Part shown: piece after piece, positions 1 through 12,565 of the stretch
Layout: each line of letters opens with the position of its first letter
Numbering within the stretch: the stretch's first letter is position 1
Assembly: GCA_013239625.1 (NCBI GenBank)
Contig: MU053934.1
Coordinates: 3,428,399 to 3,492,398 of the forward strand
Direction: 5' to 3'
Source: Lama guanicoe
Lineage: Eukaryota
DNA length: 64,000 nt
Translations under genes and position numbers: made by a program
Notes under the pieces: generated by a model
The model's input: the letters and a program-made list of their open reading frames with translations, nothing else
What the model was told of the DNA's origin: nothing
Databases searched by the model: none

Positions 1-785
1 ACTTAGGGAAGGATGACTTCAGGGAATGCTGGACAGCCTCCCCAGCACAGGCTGCTCAGGCTCTGAGATCACTCCCTGTAGGCCTGGCCTCAGCGCCCCA
101 CCTGGGTCACTAGTGGAGGGTCTCCCTGTCCCCATCTCACAAGAGTGGTCTCCTTGAGGCCTCGAATGCTGAGGCCCCAAACCTGAATGACAGAGCCTGC
201 TGCTGGCCACATCTGAGGCTTGGCCCGAAGAGCCCTCCCAGAGGGCAGGAATATGTTTGATGCCCCTTGAGTGAGAGCCCACCCCCTTCACCCATCCCTT
301 GAGCAGAGCTGCTGAGTGACCCGACTGCTCTTCCCAGGTGACGGGAGGTGACCAGTGTGAGAGCCAGTTCCCTCAGCCTAGTTTGCTGCTGGAGGACTGA
401 CTATGCCCAGAGCAGGTCCACAGCCGCTCCTTCCCTGGTCTGCCCAGAGCCTAGTGGCTCCTCCTTCCTGAGATCGTAGAGTTAAGCCTTCCATAAGCTG
501 GCCATGAGCGGGCACTGGGCTCTGCACCTTGCCTGTGTCAGCATGGCGCCCTTATCACGTGACATTGCTGTCATCCCCATTTAGCAGGTGGGGGACTGGG
601 ACATACAGGGCTGGCCCAGCTAGTGAGCGAGAGGCCAGGCTGTGCCAGGCTGGATAGTGGGCTGTGAGGGTCCTGTAGGCTGAGGTTTCCCAGGAAGTCC
701 TGGGGAGAAAGCCAGGTTCGGGCTGGCGTCGGGGCTGCAGTGAGCGGGCCATGTCAAAGGCCTCCCCTCCCTCTGTTCCCTGAAG

Positions 786-3700
786 TACCTGGGCTCTCGG
801 ACGTCAGAGAAGGTGAAGAACAAGATCTTGGAGCTCCTCTACAGCTGGACAGTCGGCCTCCCCGAGGAGGTGAAGATTGCCGAGGCCTACCAGATGCTGA
901 AGAAACAGGGTGAGGTGCCAAGGGGTGCGTGCGACCAACACTCCCGCCCCTCCTCCCTGAGCCAGGGCTTCGGAGGCCTCAGGGCCTTCTGGCTGCCAGG
1001 TCTTGGATCTCCCCTTTAATTTCTTCAACTTCTCCAGAACACATATTCATTGGGGCCCCTTTATGGCTCTGCCAGAGGCCAGCTTGGGTGGAGAGGTGGA
1101 TTTGAGTCAGCGTTCTCAGAGGGTGGCCCCCACAGTGTGGCCTCAAAATAGAAGATCCTAAACTCTCCCCAATGCTATTTGACATGGCATTTCAGGAGCA
1201 GGCCCTGACCCCTCGAAGGCTGGTGCCTGCATGCTGGAGAAAGATGGCCCTCCACCTTCCATCCTACCCTTCCTGCCCCTCCAGCATCCCCCCCCCGCCC
1301 CAGCCCCCGTGACAGTCTTACCACCACTGTCCACTCCAGGGATTGTGAAGGCTGACCCCAAGCTTCCAGATGATGCCACCTTTCCCCTTCCTCCTCCACG
1401 GCCCAAGAATGTGATCTTTGAAGACGAGGAGAAATCCAAGGTGAGGTTTTAAGGAGAACCAGGTGAGGACTCCAGGGCCCACTGGGGGTCAGTGCATTCC
1501 GGCCCCCGGCTGCCCTGCCCCAGAGCAGAGGCTCACGCTGAGCTCGGCTGCTGTGGCGGGTACAGGAGCCGTGTGTGCGGCTCCAGCGTGCTGAGTGCTG
1601 CCCACACGGCGCCCTACATCAGTAAACAGGTCCGAGGCTGGTGTCCCAGGGTCACTTTGAGGGCATTTCATAGATGACTGGGAGTTTAGCTATCTTTATG
1701 TTTGTGACCCTTCCAACGATAATTTTATTAGCTTTTTGTGAAAGAAGCATGTGCTGATGGGCCAGAAATTAAAACAACACAGAAGAAGGTGAGAGAAAAA
1801 GTAAAAGCTCCTCTCTACCCAGTCCAGTCCCAGAGGGTAACCACTGTGAAGTTTCCTCTGCATCCTTTGGGTGGAATTCCCTAGCAATACTATTGTCATG
1901 TTTTGCACCATTTGTGGAGAACTGATTTCTGCCGGGCGCTGCAGGGAGCACTTACGTGCAGTGTGTCACTTGTCCCATGAACCCCCATAAGGTGCCAGTA
2001 GATCCTTGCCATCTCACGAAGAGCTTAAGTAACTTACTCACATCCCACAGCCACGAAGCAGAGCCAGCATATGACCCCAGGCCCTTTGGACCCCAGGGTG
2101 CCATCACGGTCATGTCCCTCTGTCTCCACAGATGCTGGCCCGCCTGCTGAAGAGCTCCCACCCTGAGGACCTCCGAGCAGCCAACAAACTCATCAAGGAG
2201 ATGGTGCAGGAGGTGATGGGCAGGCCCAGAGCACAGGGAGGAGGCGGGACAGGATGTTGAGCTGGGCCACCTGGTGGGGGTTGTGTGTACACGTGCATAT
2301 GAGGAACCCCGCAGTGGCCAAGCTAAAGGGCTGTGACAGCAGCGAGAGAGAGCTGACGAAGTCTGGGGGACACCAGCAGGCAGAGCCAGGATCTGTGTGT
2401 GGAAGGAAGAATTTCCCAGCAGCCAAGCTAACCTGCACTGGCTTCTGTGAGGCTGATTACCTCATCTGTAAAAGTTAGAAGGAAATGAGGTCTTACTGTA
2501 TATTTTTTAAAATTTTTATTTATTTATTTTAATTTGGGGGGGAGGTAATTAGATGTTTGTTGATTTGTTTACTTCGATGGAGGTACTGGGGATTGAACCC
2601 AGGACCTCCTGCATGCTAAGCGTGTGCTCTGTCACTGAGCTATACATTCACCCCTACCACGTTTAAAATATAGTAAAATATATGTGCATGTAAAGGGAGA
2701 AAACAATACATGTTTAGTTTATAAGTATGTGTATCTATGTATGGGTTCATGCTGAAATCTTTTTTATTGATACGGGTAAGTCGTCAAAAAAGTGGAGGCC
2801 AGAGACCCAGAGGGCAGATGTTCTGGGCTGTCTTTGGGCCGGCTGTGTGCTTTGACAGCCCACAGAAAGTCAGGGCAGCCCCTCAAGGAGGATGATCATA
2901 TTAGGCGGCACAGCACGAGCTCACCTTTCATTCCACAAGGGAGGAGCATGCGTGGTGAGCAGAGGGCGAGGGGTTGCAGGGTCACTTCCTGCACTGGCTT
3001 TTCAAGGCCATGAGCTTCTCACCATCTACCAGGCCCTGACAGACACTGAGAAGGGTCGTGGCACCAATTTCTAGGTTGTACTTGCTGACTGCTAAGTCCC
3101 CTTTCACTCTCAAGTACGGGGACCTCCTTTCAAGAACACAAGGACGGCGAGGGTCATGTAGAGCCACAGTGTAGGTCTAGGGTCCTGGGCTTCCTGAATC
3201 TCCTGGCAAGAGTGTTGGAAACCCAGCTTCCTGGGCCACTCCTGGAGATTCTGATGGGCTCATGCAGAGGCCCTGGTTCGGGGGTCACTGGCAGGACGAG
3301 GAAAAGTGAACACTGGTTTGGCCGAGGGTTCCTGGGCCCAGAGTGCCCAGTCTTGGGCCCGAGGGACTCTTAGCAGGATCTGATCTCACACCCAGTCAGC
3401 AGATGCTCTCCAGGGTGGTGCTGGGCCTGACCCACGCTCTCTGGGGCTATTTGCCGATGCCTCTCCAGGACCAGAAGCGGATGGAGAAGATCTCGAAGCG
3501 GGTGAGTGCCATCGAGGAGGTGAACAACAACGTGAAGCTGCTGACAGAGATGGTGATGAACCACAGCCAGGGCGGGGCAGCCGCCCGCAGCAGCGAGGAC
3601 CTCATGAAGGTGCGCTCACCCCTGCCCAGCCCCCACCCACTGCAGGGCCTCCGCCAGCCCTGACCTGCCTGCCCTGCTGCCCCCAGGAACTGTACCAGCG

Positions 3701-6700
3701 CTGTGAGCGCATGCGGCCCACGCTTTTCCGACTGGCCAGCGACACAGAGGACAATGACGAGGCCTTAGGTGAGCTGCAGTTGGAAGGAGCTACCACCAGG
3801 AGGCCCCCTTCTCCAGCACTGACCTGGGGTTTCTCCACTTTGGGGAAGAAGGAAGCAGGGATCAGGGGCTGATGTGATTGAGAGACCCTGTGGGCCAAGC
3901 CCTTCGCAAGCACTTCATTTACTACCTAAAAGCTGCACAAAAGGGAGACTTCTCCCTATTTCACAGCAGGGGCTCAGGGAGGGAAGTGACCTGAATGGTG
4001 GCAGAGCCAGGATGGACCAGAGGCTGTCTCCCGCCAGACACTGCCTTCCTGGTAAGGTGAGCTAGAAATCTTGAGCAAATCCCACAGGCCTGAGTGCGTC
4101 CATAGCTGGTCCCCGTGGCTCCTGCCAGGGCCACACATCAGGTTCTTGTCCATGTTCTTTCTGTGCCACCACATCAGCCAGGGCCTCCTGGGCAGTGGTC
4201 TGTGTACCACCTCAGCCCCGAATTCAGCAGGAGTTCCATGTGCCAAGTATCTGGTCCTCACCCAAGAAGCTCACTGCTCAGATCTCGCTAAGCCCTGGCC
4301 CCCGCAAGGGGATGATATGGACGAGGGCCTGGTTTGTGCCAGGCCCTGTTCTAGACCCAGGGGGTGGTAGTGGTCACAGTCAGAACAGCCACGTCCTTGT
4401 GGAGCTTGTGGCCTAATGAGAAGAGAGAGTAAACCAAGGGCGTGGGCAAGGGCGGTGTGTCACAGAGGGGCGCAGAGAAAAGTGAGCAGGGAAGGGACTG
4501 GGAGGCGCAGGGCTGGAGGTGAGAGAGGCCTCCCCGAGGTGACTTGGGTAAAGACCTGAAGACAGGAAGAGGTGTAGCAAAGTAGAGATACAGGGGCCTC
4601 CACACAGCAGCGCCAGTGCCGAGGCCTGGAGACAGGGGCCACCGTGTTCAGGGGCCGGCACCGGCCAGCGTCAGGAGGCTGGGCCGGGGCAGGTTGCGGA
4701 GGGCCAGAGTCTGAGGAGACGAGATGGGCCGCCCTCAGCCCTGCCCCCTCCCACAAGGCCTGGGCTGGATGTGGGGTGCTCGTCTCCCCCACCCCCACCC
4801 CCGCCGGAGGCCCTGCATTCCATCAGCCTGGCCTCCCCGCTCTGGCCTATTCTAGCCGAGATCCTGCAAGCCAATGACAACCTCACCCAGGTCATCACCC
4901 TGTACAAGCAGCTGGTGCGGGGCGAGGAGGTCAACGGTGATGCCACAGCCGCTTCCATCCCCGGTGAGGAGGTGGCAGGAGGGCTGGGGAGGGCCCACCA
5001 GCCAGAGGGGCACCGAGTGCAGGGTGGGGTGCTGGTCCCAGAGCTAGTGCTGAGACCCTGGCCCCTTAAGATGGGGGAGGCCCCCACTGAGAGAACTGAG
5101 GGTGGAGTCTGTGCCAAGCCTGCAGCTGTGGCGGGGAGGAGTCTGGATGCGGGACGGAGAGGGAGGGAGCCTAGGGTTTAGCAAGGACAGGCAGGAGAAG
5201 GAAGGCCTTTCTTTCACTTGAGAAATCTGGCACCTGTTGTGCAGGGCCACACGACACCCCCAGGGCTTAGTTTGTGGGCAGGGAGGGTTTGACATAAACA
5301 TTACAGGCTCGGCTCCAGTCAGGGTAAACTGACAGCCCTGGGGGACCCCAGGAGAGGTTAGAATTGACGCTCTTTGGGACAGGGTAGGAGTGAGACACTA
5401 CACAGAAACAGCAGGATCTAAGAGGAGCCTTAGAGGATGGGAGGCAGTTTGCCAAGTAAGAGGGAAGAGGAAATACATCCCAGACAGAAGGGGAGCCACG
5501 AGCTAATGAAAGGGCCTGATGAGCAGCTTCCAGGGCAAGGACTGTGTGGCCAAGGACGTACGGTGCCTTGCAGGACGGTTGCAGAGTGGGGAGCTCACTG
5601 TCCCTAACCACCAGGGACTGTGTCCTCCACCCAAGGCTGGCCTGACTCTCCTTTCCCACCCCAGGGAGCACCTCGGCCCTGTTGGACCTCTCAGGCCTGG
5701 ATCTCCCTCCGGCCAGCACCACCTGCCCAGCCATGCCCACCTGCCCAGGTGACCAGGCCAGCCCCGAGCAGCCCAGCACCTCAGTCTCCCTGCTTGATGA
5801 CGAGCTCATGTCTCTGGGTGAGGAAGGGGCCTGGCTGCAGGTGGGACTGAGGGGTCAGGTCAGCGTGTTCCTCCTCTCCTGGGAGTCCCCTGGAGGATGG
5901 GGGCTGGACGTCAGCCCCAGGTCATAGCCGAGGAAGCTGAGGCTCGGGGAGAGGAAGGAGCTGGTGCAGGGTCATACAGTCAAAGGGTGAGGCTGGCCTC
6001 ACCTCAGATAAAGGAGCCACACCTGGCTCTGGTGGCCTGAGGGAAAACCCAGGGATTTCCCTCAGCAGGTGAGATCCTAGAATTGGGAGCTCCCCAGGCA
6101 GAAGTCAGCAGCCTCCCGCCCACAGAGCGGGAGCGCTGGGCTCCGCAGCACCAGAAGCCCCAGGGCAGCCAATGGTGAGCACAGGGCCCTCTGTGACCCA
6201 GGCGGGACCCAGGCCAGGCCTACAGCCACCACAGGTGGGGTCAGGGCTCTGGAGCCCGCCAGGGAAACAGGCTTACCCGGGGGAAGAAGCTGAGGGCGCC
6301 CAGCGGCCAAGCAGTTTTCGGGCTTCCAGCCTTCGGGGCCACAGCCCCATCTGAGCTTGGAAGCAGGAGGGCATAGTGACAGCCTCCTCACTGTGGCCCT
6401 GGCATAAAACACACAGAGGTGGTCTGGCTATGTCAGAGGGATCTCAAAGGATATATTGGGAAGCTAACCTGGAGGCTGAATCAGGCTGTTCTGAGTGAAT
6501 TCTGAGGTGGAAACTAAACCTGTGGGACTGGAAGTCAGGACAGTGTGCTGAGGCCCTGGCAGGCGGCCCAGTGCGCGCCCCCTAACCACTGCCGCCACCA
6601 CCCTGGGTCTTCACCACCCTCCACTCAGCACCTGAGGTGGTGCTGTCACCGTCCCTGGTTTAAGAAGCCGAAGCAGGGCTGAGTGACGTGCCCACAGGGT

Positions 6701-9700
6701 CACCAGGGCTTGGACAAGGCACTCAGGCTCTGAAGTCTCGCTCTGAGTGTCTGCCTGACTCAGCTCATCAGCCAGGAAGGGGAAGTGAGGCCTTGGGGTG
6801 AGGAGCAGGAGACAAGGTGTTCAGCGGACCAGGTTGGGGGTCCCTCTGTGAGCCCGTCAGCCAGCACCCTACCCAGGAGGCTCTGACGCTGGGGTACCTG
6901 GGGGTCTGCTTAGGAGTCCCACCCACCTGCCCCCTTTCCATTCAGAGCCAGGGTAACCCAGGGAGAGAGGACCCTGACCCTGTGTGACCAAGAGGTGAAG
7001 GTGGGCTGGTGACAAGAAAGGACACACAGGCTCATCTCCCCCAGCAGGGCCTGCACCAGGCGGCATCTACCTGACCGGGCGCTGGGGTGTGTGGCCCAGC
7101 CCCCAGCAAATGGCTGTGGCAAAGCCACTCCCCATGAGAAGCAGTGTGTGCTTTGCACTTCCTGTCCCCAAGTCACTTCAGCAGAGCCCCGAGCCCCCAG
7201 CTTCCTCTAGTTGCAACTCAAAGGTAGAGAAAATTTGGGAACAAGAACCAGAAGTGGCAGGGCAGCAGCACCCAGCCCCGCAGCTCAGGGGAGTGGAGGA
7301 AGCCTCGGGACCACAAAGGGGGCTTGTCCTCAACGGTTCTCTGTGGCAGGAATGGTGGGGGGTGGGGTGAGCGCTTCCTGGTCTGTCAGAGAGGGCGGTC
7401 CAGCACCCGTCGGACACTCCATCTGATTTGTCTGATTTATTGGTCACAGCAGTCCTCTGATACAGATGGCTGCTGTTGTCCCCATCCTACGGATGAGGCA
7501 TGGGGAGGCTGTTGCCAGCCCGAGGTCCCACAGCCGATCGGCAGAGCTGTGTTTGAGCTCCAGTGTGAGGCCATGCTCTGTCCAAGCCCGGACTCTGCCG
7601 CTTCCCAGTCGTGTGACTGGGCAGGTCACTCAGCCCCACTGAGTGTCCATTTCTTCATCCCAAAAGGAGGGATGTGAAGCCCACACCCACCTTTTAAGGC
7701 TGGTGAGGACTGAGAGCCACGTCTGAAGTACCTGGCACGGGGGTGTGAGAGCCGATAGCAGTCTCCGCTGTGCTGCCCCTGGTCTCAGAGAGGCGTGTCC
7801 AGAGGAGGAGATCCCACGGTCCCAGCTCCCTGCACCTCCCTTTGCCTAGTCAGCTAGCACTTCATGCTGGACCTTACTTAGGCAGGCTTTGCTACAGACA
7901 GCATAACGTGGCTTCTGTGTACATCTGGGGTGAGCTTGGCTGGGGGTGTGCTTAGGGCAGAGGTCAGACTGGTCGAGGACCTATTGCCCTCTACTGACCA
8001 GCAGGCAGTGAGCGGAGCCTTCCAGAGGGGCCACAGCCCTCCTGTGCTCCAGTCAACCAGACTTACTGGCATGTGCCAAGGCAGGCAGGGCCTTTAGAGT
8101 CTGCCCCAGCCCGTGCACATGGCATACTCAGGGCCACTGTGGCCCAGCCAGCACCTTGCCCATGGTTGCTCAGACTGTGGGCCAGGCTTGGGCCCAGGGC
8201 CCTTTTCACTGCACTGCAGTGCCCTTCTGACACCCAGAAGGTGTCCCTTGAGTCAGTCATTGAACAGACATAGGATGCTGACCCCTGCCTGCTTGGATCT
8301 CTGAGGTTAGGAACCCCACTTGGTGTCCCCCACTCCCTCTTTCCCGCCCCTCCCCCCTGCGCCAGCTGCCAGTGGTGAATGAAGACGAAAGTCCTGAGCT
8401 CAGTAGTTGAGTTGGCTTCTGAGTAGCAAGAGAGGAAGCGTGTCTGGGCCCAGGGAATGGGCTCTTGGGATCTTCGGTTTCTACTTCTGCTCTGCCGCTG
8501 TTTCCCTCTGAAAGCGAGGGAGGCGGCTTCCCTCTTTGAGCTGAGCCTCTCAGGGTGGGGGGTGCAGGTGGAGGGTAGAGGCCAGGGAACCCTGACCCAG
8601 CACATAGTCCCCCCAGCTCTCTCGCCTCTGCTCACGAGTCCAGCTCCTTCACCCCTGTCTTGTTTCCCTGCAGGCCTGAGCGACCCCACACCCCCTGCAG
8701 GCCCAAGCTTGGATGGTGCTGGATGGAACAGCTTCCAGGTAGGAGGGGCCCAGCCCTGGGGCAGAGCAGCTGGGACAGGCGGCAGCCTGAGGGGGCACTG
8801 AAGGGAGATGTGGGTGGGAGGGCCGTGAGCAGGGGTGGCCCAGGGCCAAGGTTCCCATCCCAGGATGGAGGAAGGCAGGTGGCCCTCTCCTCACCTCCGG
8901 CGCATCTGCCTACAAATCTCAGCCTTGGGTTTCCCTTGGGTTGAGATGGGGGTTCCCATTCGTTTTCTCTTGAGGGTGACTCTGAGGTTCCTGGGATGGA
9001 TGGTTTCTTGAGTAGAACCGCAGACCAGGCCCGGCCCACTGATGGCCCTAGAGTGAGAGGGGTGCAGGCCTGGCAGGAATGTTGCCCACATCCCTGCTGC
9101 TGCCTCCCCAGATGTCACCTGCCAGGAGGGGAAGAGGCCTCAGGGCAGCACCAGACACCTAACACCTTTTCAGCACAGCCTCACCCACCTGCGTCCTTTG
9201 TATGTCCAACAGTCGTCTGAGGGCACTGAGCCCCCAGCCCCTGCTCCAGCCCCCAGCGTGGACAGTCAGCCCCCAGCGCAGACATCCCTGCCAGCAAGCA
9301 GTGGTCTGGATGACCTGGACCTCCTGGGGAAGACCCTCCTCCAGCAGTCTCTGCCCCCCGAGTCCCAGCAAGTGCGGTGGTGAGGGCACGCCCTGGCTGG
9401 CATGGGGTGGGAGCGCTCCCTGTCCCCAAAACCTGCAGCTTCTCCTGGGCTGTCCCTGGCCCAGACCCTGCCCCTGATGTGTTCCCGAGGCCTGATGTGT
9501 TTCTGAGAGCAGCGCTGCGGAGCACCGCCATGTGCCAAGCACTGCCCTCGGCTTGAAGGTCGCAGCAGTGACCACGGCAGGTGCAGGATCCGTCCAACAG
9601 GGTGTGAAGTATCTGAGAGAAGGGACTGTGACCCACTCACACAGCCTCCCCTAGGCCTGCCAGCACCTGGGAAAGACCAAAAGCCCAGAGGGCTGCCACT

Positions 9701-11711
9701 GAGGAGGGCATCAGTGCCCTGGGAGGGGGGGAGGAGCAAGAGCTGCCGATTCCAAGGTGAGGAGACCCAGGCCAGAGAAACAGGGGGACTTCTGAGCCAG
9801 CCATCAGGGACAGCCAGGAAGCCAGCCTTTCCTGTGCCCCTGATCTCTTGGTCACCGAAGATTCACCTCTCCATGCACCGTCCCTCAACAAGGGAGAAGC
9901 AGCAGCCAGCCCCCCGGCTCACGCTCCGGGACCTGCAGAATAAAAGCAGCTGCAGTGTGCCCAGCTCCAGTGCCAGCATCCGCCTCCACACCGTGTCCCC
10001 CGAGCCCTCCGGGCCTCTGCAGCAGCCCACGCCGACGGAGCTCTCGCTGGCCAACATCACTGTGCCTCTGGAGTCCATCAAACCCAGTGAGTTGGGCGGG
10101 GGCACGGGTGGGTACTGGCCAGGCTGGGTCAGCTCACTGCCTGCAGCCCCATCGCCTTGTCGGGAGCTGTGTCTGGGGTAGCAGGTGGGAAAGCAGGGCT
10201 CCCCTCCCAGCCTGCCTGACTCAGGAAGGGGCTCTGGGCAAGACCCCTGCTCTCCCCAGGACTCAGTTTCATCTGTCCCAGATGGTCACAAGACTGTGTT
10301 CTAAACTCCAGGGTTACCAGGCACGAAGACATCTTAGGGATGGCCCCTGGGCCCTGCTCCAGGAAGACAGGACCAGGATACGGGGAGATTAGGGGGTCTC
10401 CCCAAGATCACAAAACCAATCCTGGAAAAGGATCCAGGTCCAGGAGCCCTGGCGAGGAGAGGGCCACTCATAGCACCGGGCCGTGACCAGACAGATGGAG
10501 ACTGGCCAGTCTTCTCGGTGCTGCCCATCTTGTGAGCTCACTGTGACCCAGGGCATCACACCCCTGGTATCCCCGGGAGCTGGGTGGCAGTGCCACTGTC
10601 TTAGCAGTATGGAGGTCCTTGAGCTCAGAGAAGCAGACTGTACCAGGGTCACAAAGTGAGTGTAATCACAGCTCACATACAACCCTTCACGCCATCACGC
10701 CAGGAGGAAGCCACACAGCAGAGAGAGACCGGCTGGGAGTCATGCCCAGGGTGGGCGTCCTGCCTCCACCGTCACACTAGAAGTCCACCTGCCCATCTGG
10801 ACCCCAGTCTCTACCCCTGACTGCACTGCTGCCCAGGGTCAAGGCAGTGACCTGAGTCTGGGTCTGTTCATTCATTCCCAGCAGAGCAGCACGTGCCTGG
10901 TGTCAGCCCAGCAGGAGCAGCTGATCAGGTGTGCCTGGGCTCAGGCTTGGCATTGCCCTCTCCCCTTTTCCCCTGCCAGGCAGCATCCTGCCGGTGACTG
11001 TGTATGACCAGCATGGCTTCCGGGTCCTCTTCCATTTTGCTCGAGACCCGCTGCCCGGGCGCTCCGACGTGCTGGTGGTGGTGGTTTCCATGCTGAGCAC
11101 CGCCCCCCAGCCCATCCGCAACATCGTTTTCCAGTCGGCTGTCCCCAAGGTGACATGGGCATTCCTCCTTTCTCTCAAGTAATGGTGACTTGGGGCTGGG
11201 TGGGGAGCCAGCTGTCCAGGGCAAGGCGTAGGGTCTCGCTCTCTTCTGGGGGAGCTGAAGGGTGGAAGGGAACCAGAGGACAGGGCCGCAGAGACCCCAA
11301 GGAGGATCTGGCAGGAGGCTGGACCCCGTTCCTCAGGGACTGGGAATGAGAAGCCAGGGCTTGCTGGGCCCCATGCCACCCTCCTGTCCGCAGGTCATGA
11401 AGGTGAAGCTGCAGCCACCCTCAGGCACAGAGCTGCCAGCATTTAACCCCATCGTCCACCCCTCGGCCATCACCCAGGTCCTGCTTCTTGCCAACCCCCA
11501 GAAGGTGAGGGGCCCGGCTGTGACAGGGCTCTGCAGTGGGGTGGGGTGAGGAGGCCCCTTCTCCCCCTCTGACCCTCTGCCTTCACCATCTCTGCTTCAG
11601 GAGAAGGTTCGCCTCCGCTACAAGCTCCTCTTCACCATGGGCGACCAGACCTACAATGAGATGGGGGATGTGGACCAGTTCCCCCCACCTGAGACCTGGG
11701 GGAGCCTCTAG
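786..11711 (+). CDS. GGA1: ADP-ribosylation factor-binding protein GGA1, 5'-partial (end of VHS, GAT, hinge and GAE domains); 13 coding exons visible
   Basis: Exons 786-909, 1340-1440, 2132-2212, 3469-3609, 3687-3768, 4856-4963, 5665-5817, 8674-8738, 9213-9379, 9893-10086, 10980-11149, 11394-11504, 11601-11711 (TAG). All are GT-AG and in phase, 1608 nt = 535 aa plus stop. Translation YLGSRTSEKVKNKILELLYSWTVGLPEEVKIAEAYQMLKKQG...ASDTEDNDEALAEILQANDNL...SLLDDELM...YNEMGDVDQFPPPETWGSL is recognisably GGA1. The first exons lie upstream of the window. Confidence 0.97.
1700..1960. mobile_element. Old L1 (L1ME-like) 3' fragment
   Basis: AT-rich island with CCCAGAGGGTAACCACTGT, a motif typical of L1ME 3' UTRs; boundaries approximate. 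Confidence 0.4.
2501..2654 (-). mobile_element. tRNA-Ala-derived SINE, camelid (vic-1-like) type, in GGA1 intron
   Basis: Reverse strand reads GGGGTGAATGTATAGCTCAGTGACAGAGCACACGCTTAGCATGCAGGAGGTCCTGGGTTCAATCCCCAGTACCTCC (A and B boxes), then CTAATTACCTCCCCC and an (AAAT)n tail. Confidence 0.8.
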
Positions 11712-12559
11712 AACAGAGAGGGGCTGGGGAGAGAAGGGGGCTGCAGGACTGGCCACCGTCTAGCCTGGGTGGGAGGCTGTGGTGGCCTGGGACACCCTTT
11801 GTGCCCATGGCCATACACCCCTGGGTCTGGTGCTTCTCCCCTCACCACTGCGGCCCCCTCCTTCCCTGCCCCCTCCCCTGCTGAGCCAAACCTGGCAGGA
11901 GGCTGGGCCTGCATTTGCACCGCTGGGAACCTTCATCACAGGCGAGAGCCTGGAGCTAGAAAGGGCTGCCCGGCCCCAGAAGGACTTGGGGTCACGGGGG
12001 AGAAGAATGGCTGTCGGACAAGGGCCAGGACCTCAGGCCCAGCCTAGACCCCAGCCTGGGGTGGGATCATCCCCGCCTGTCTCTTATGCCTTATGGGAAG
12101 GCCCAGCCATAATTTGGGGCCGTGCTGGAGCCGGGACCAGCTCAGGCCTCCTCCATAGGAACTGGGTGACTTTGGGGGTGACGCCTGCACCCCCAGCTCT
12201 TTGCACTCTCGGGTGTGTGGTTTGACTCTCTTCGCTTTTGTTTCTGAGTGGCCCTGTGGTCACCATCTCAGGGGGCCCAGTGGGGGCAGCCCTACCTGTC
12301 CCCTACTCCTCCTGGGGTTCTCATTCCACTCACCTGGCCCCTTTGCTGTCAGGTGGGGGGACTGTGGGGACCGTGTGACTGCTGGCCCAAGGGTCATGCC
12401 AGAGGTGGGTGTCCCGGGCCAGGGACTCCGGGGCTCCTGGCCTGGGAAGGTCCTGCACTGGAGTTCTCAGTGTGTCTCCTCCATTCATTGGCCTCTGTCC
12501 ATCCATCTGTCCGTGGGCAGAACTGGGGCCAGTGTATGAGTGAGAGCAGTATTTATGGA

Positions 12560-12565
12560 AATAAA
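12560..12565 (+). terminator. GGA1 polyadenylation signal
   Basis: AATAAA about 850 nt after the stop, followed by T-rich CCTTTTTCC. Confidence 0.8.
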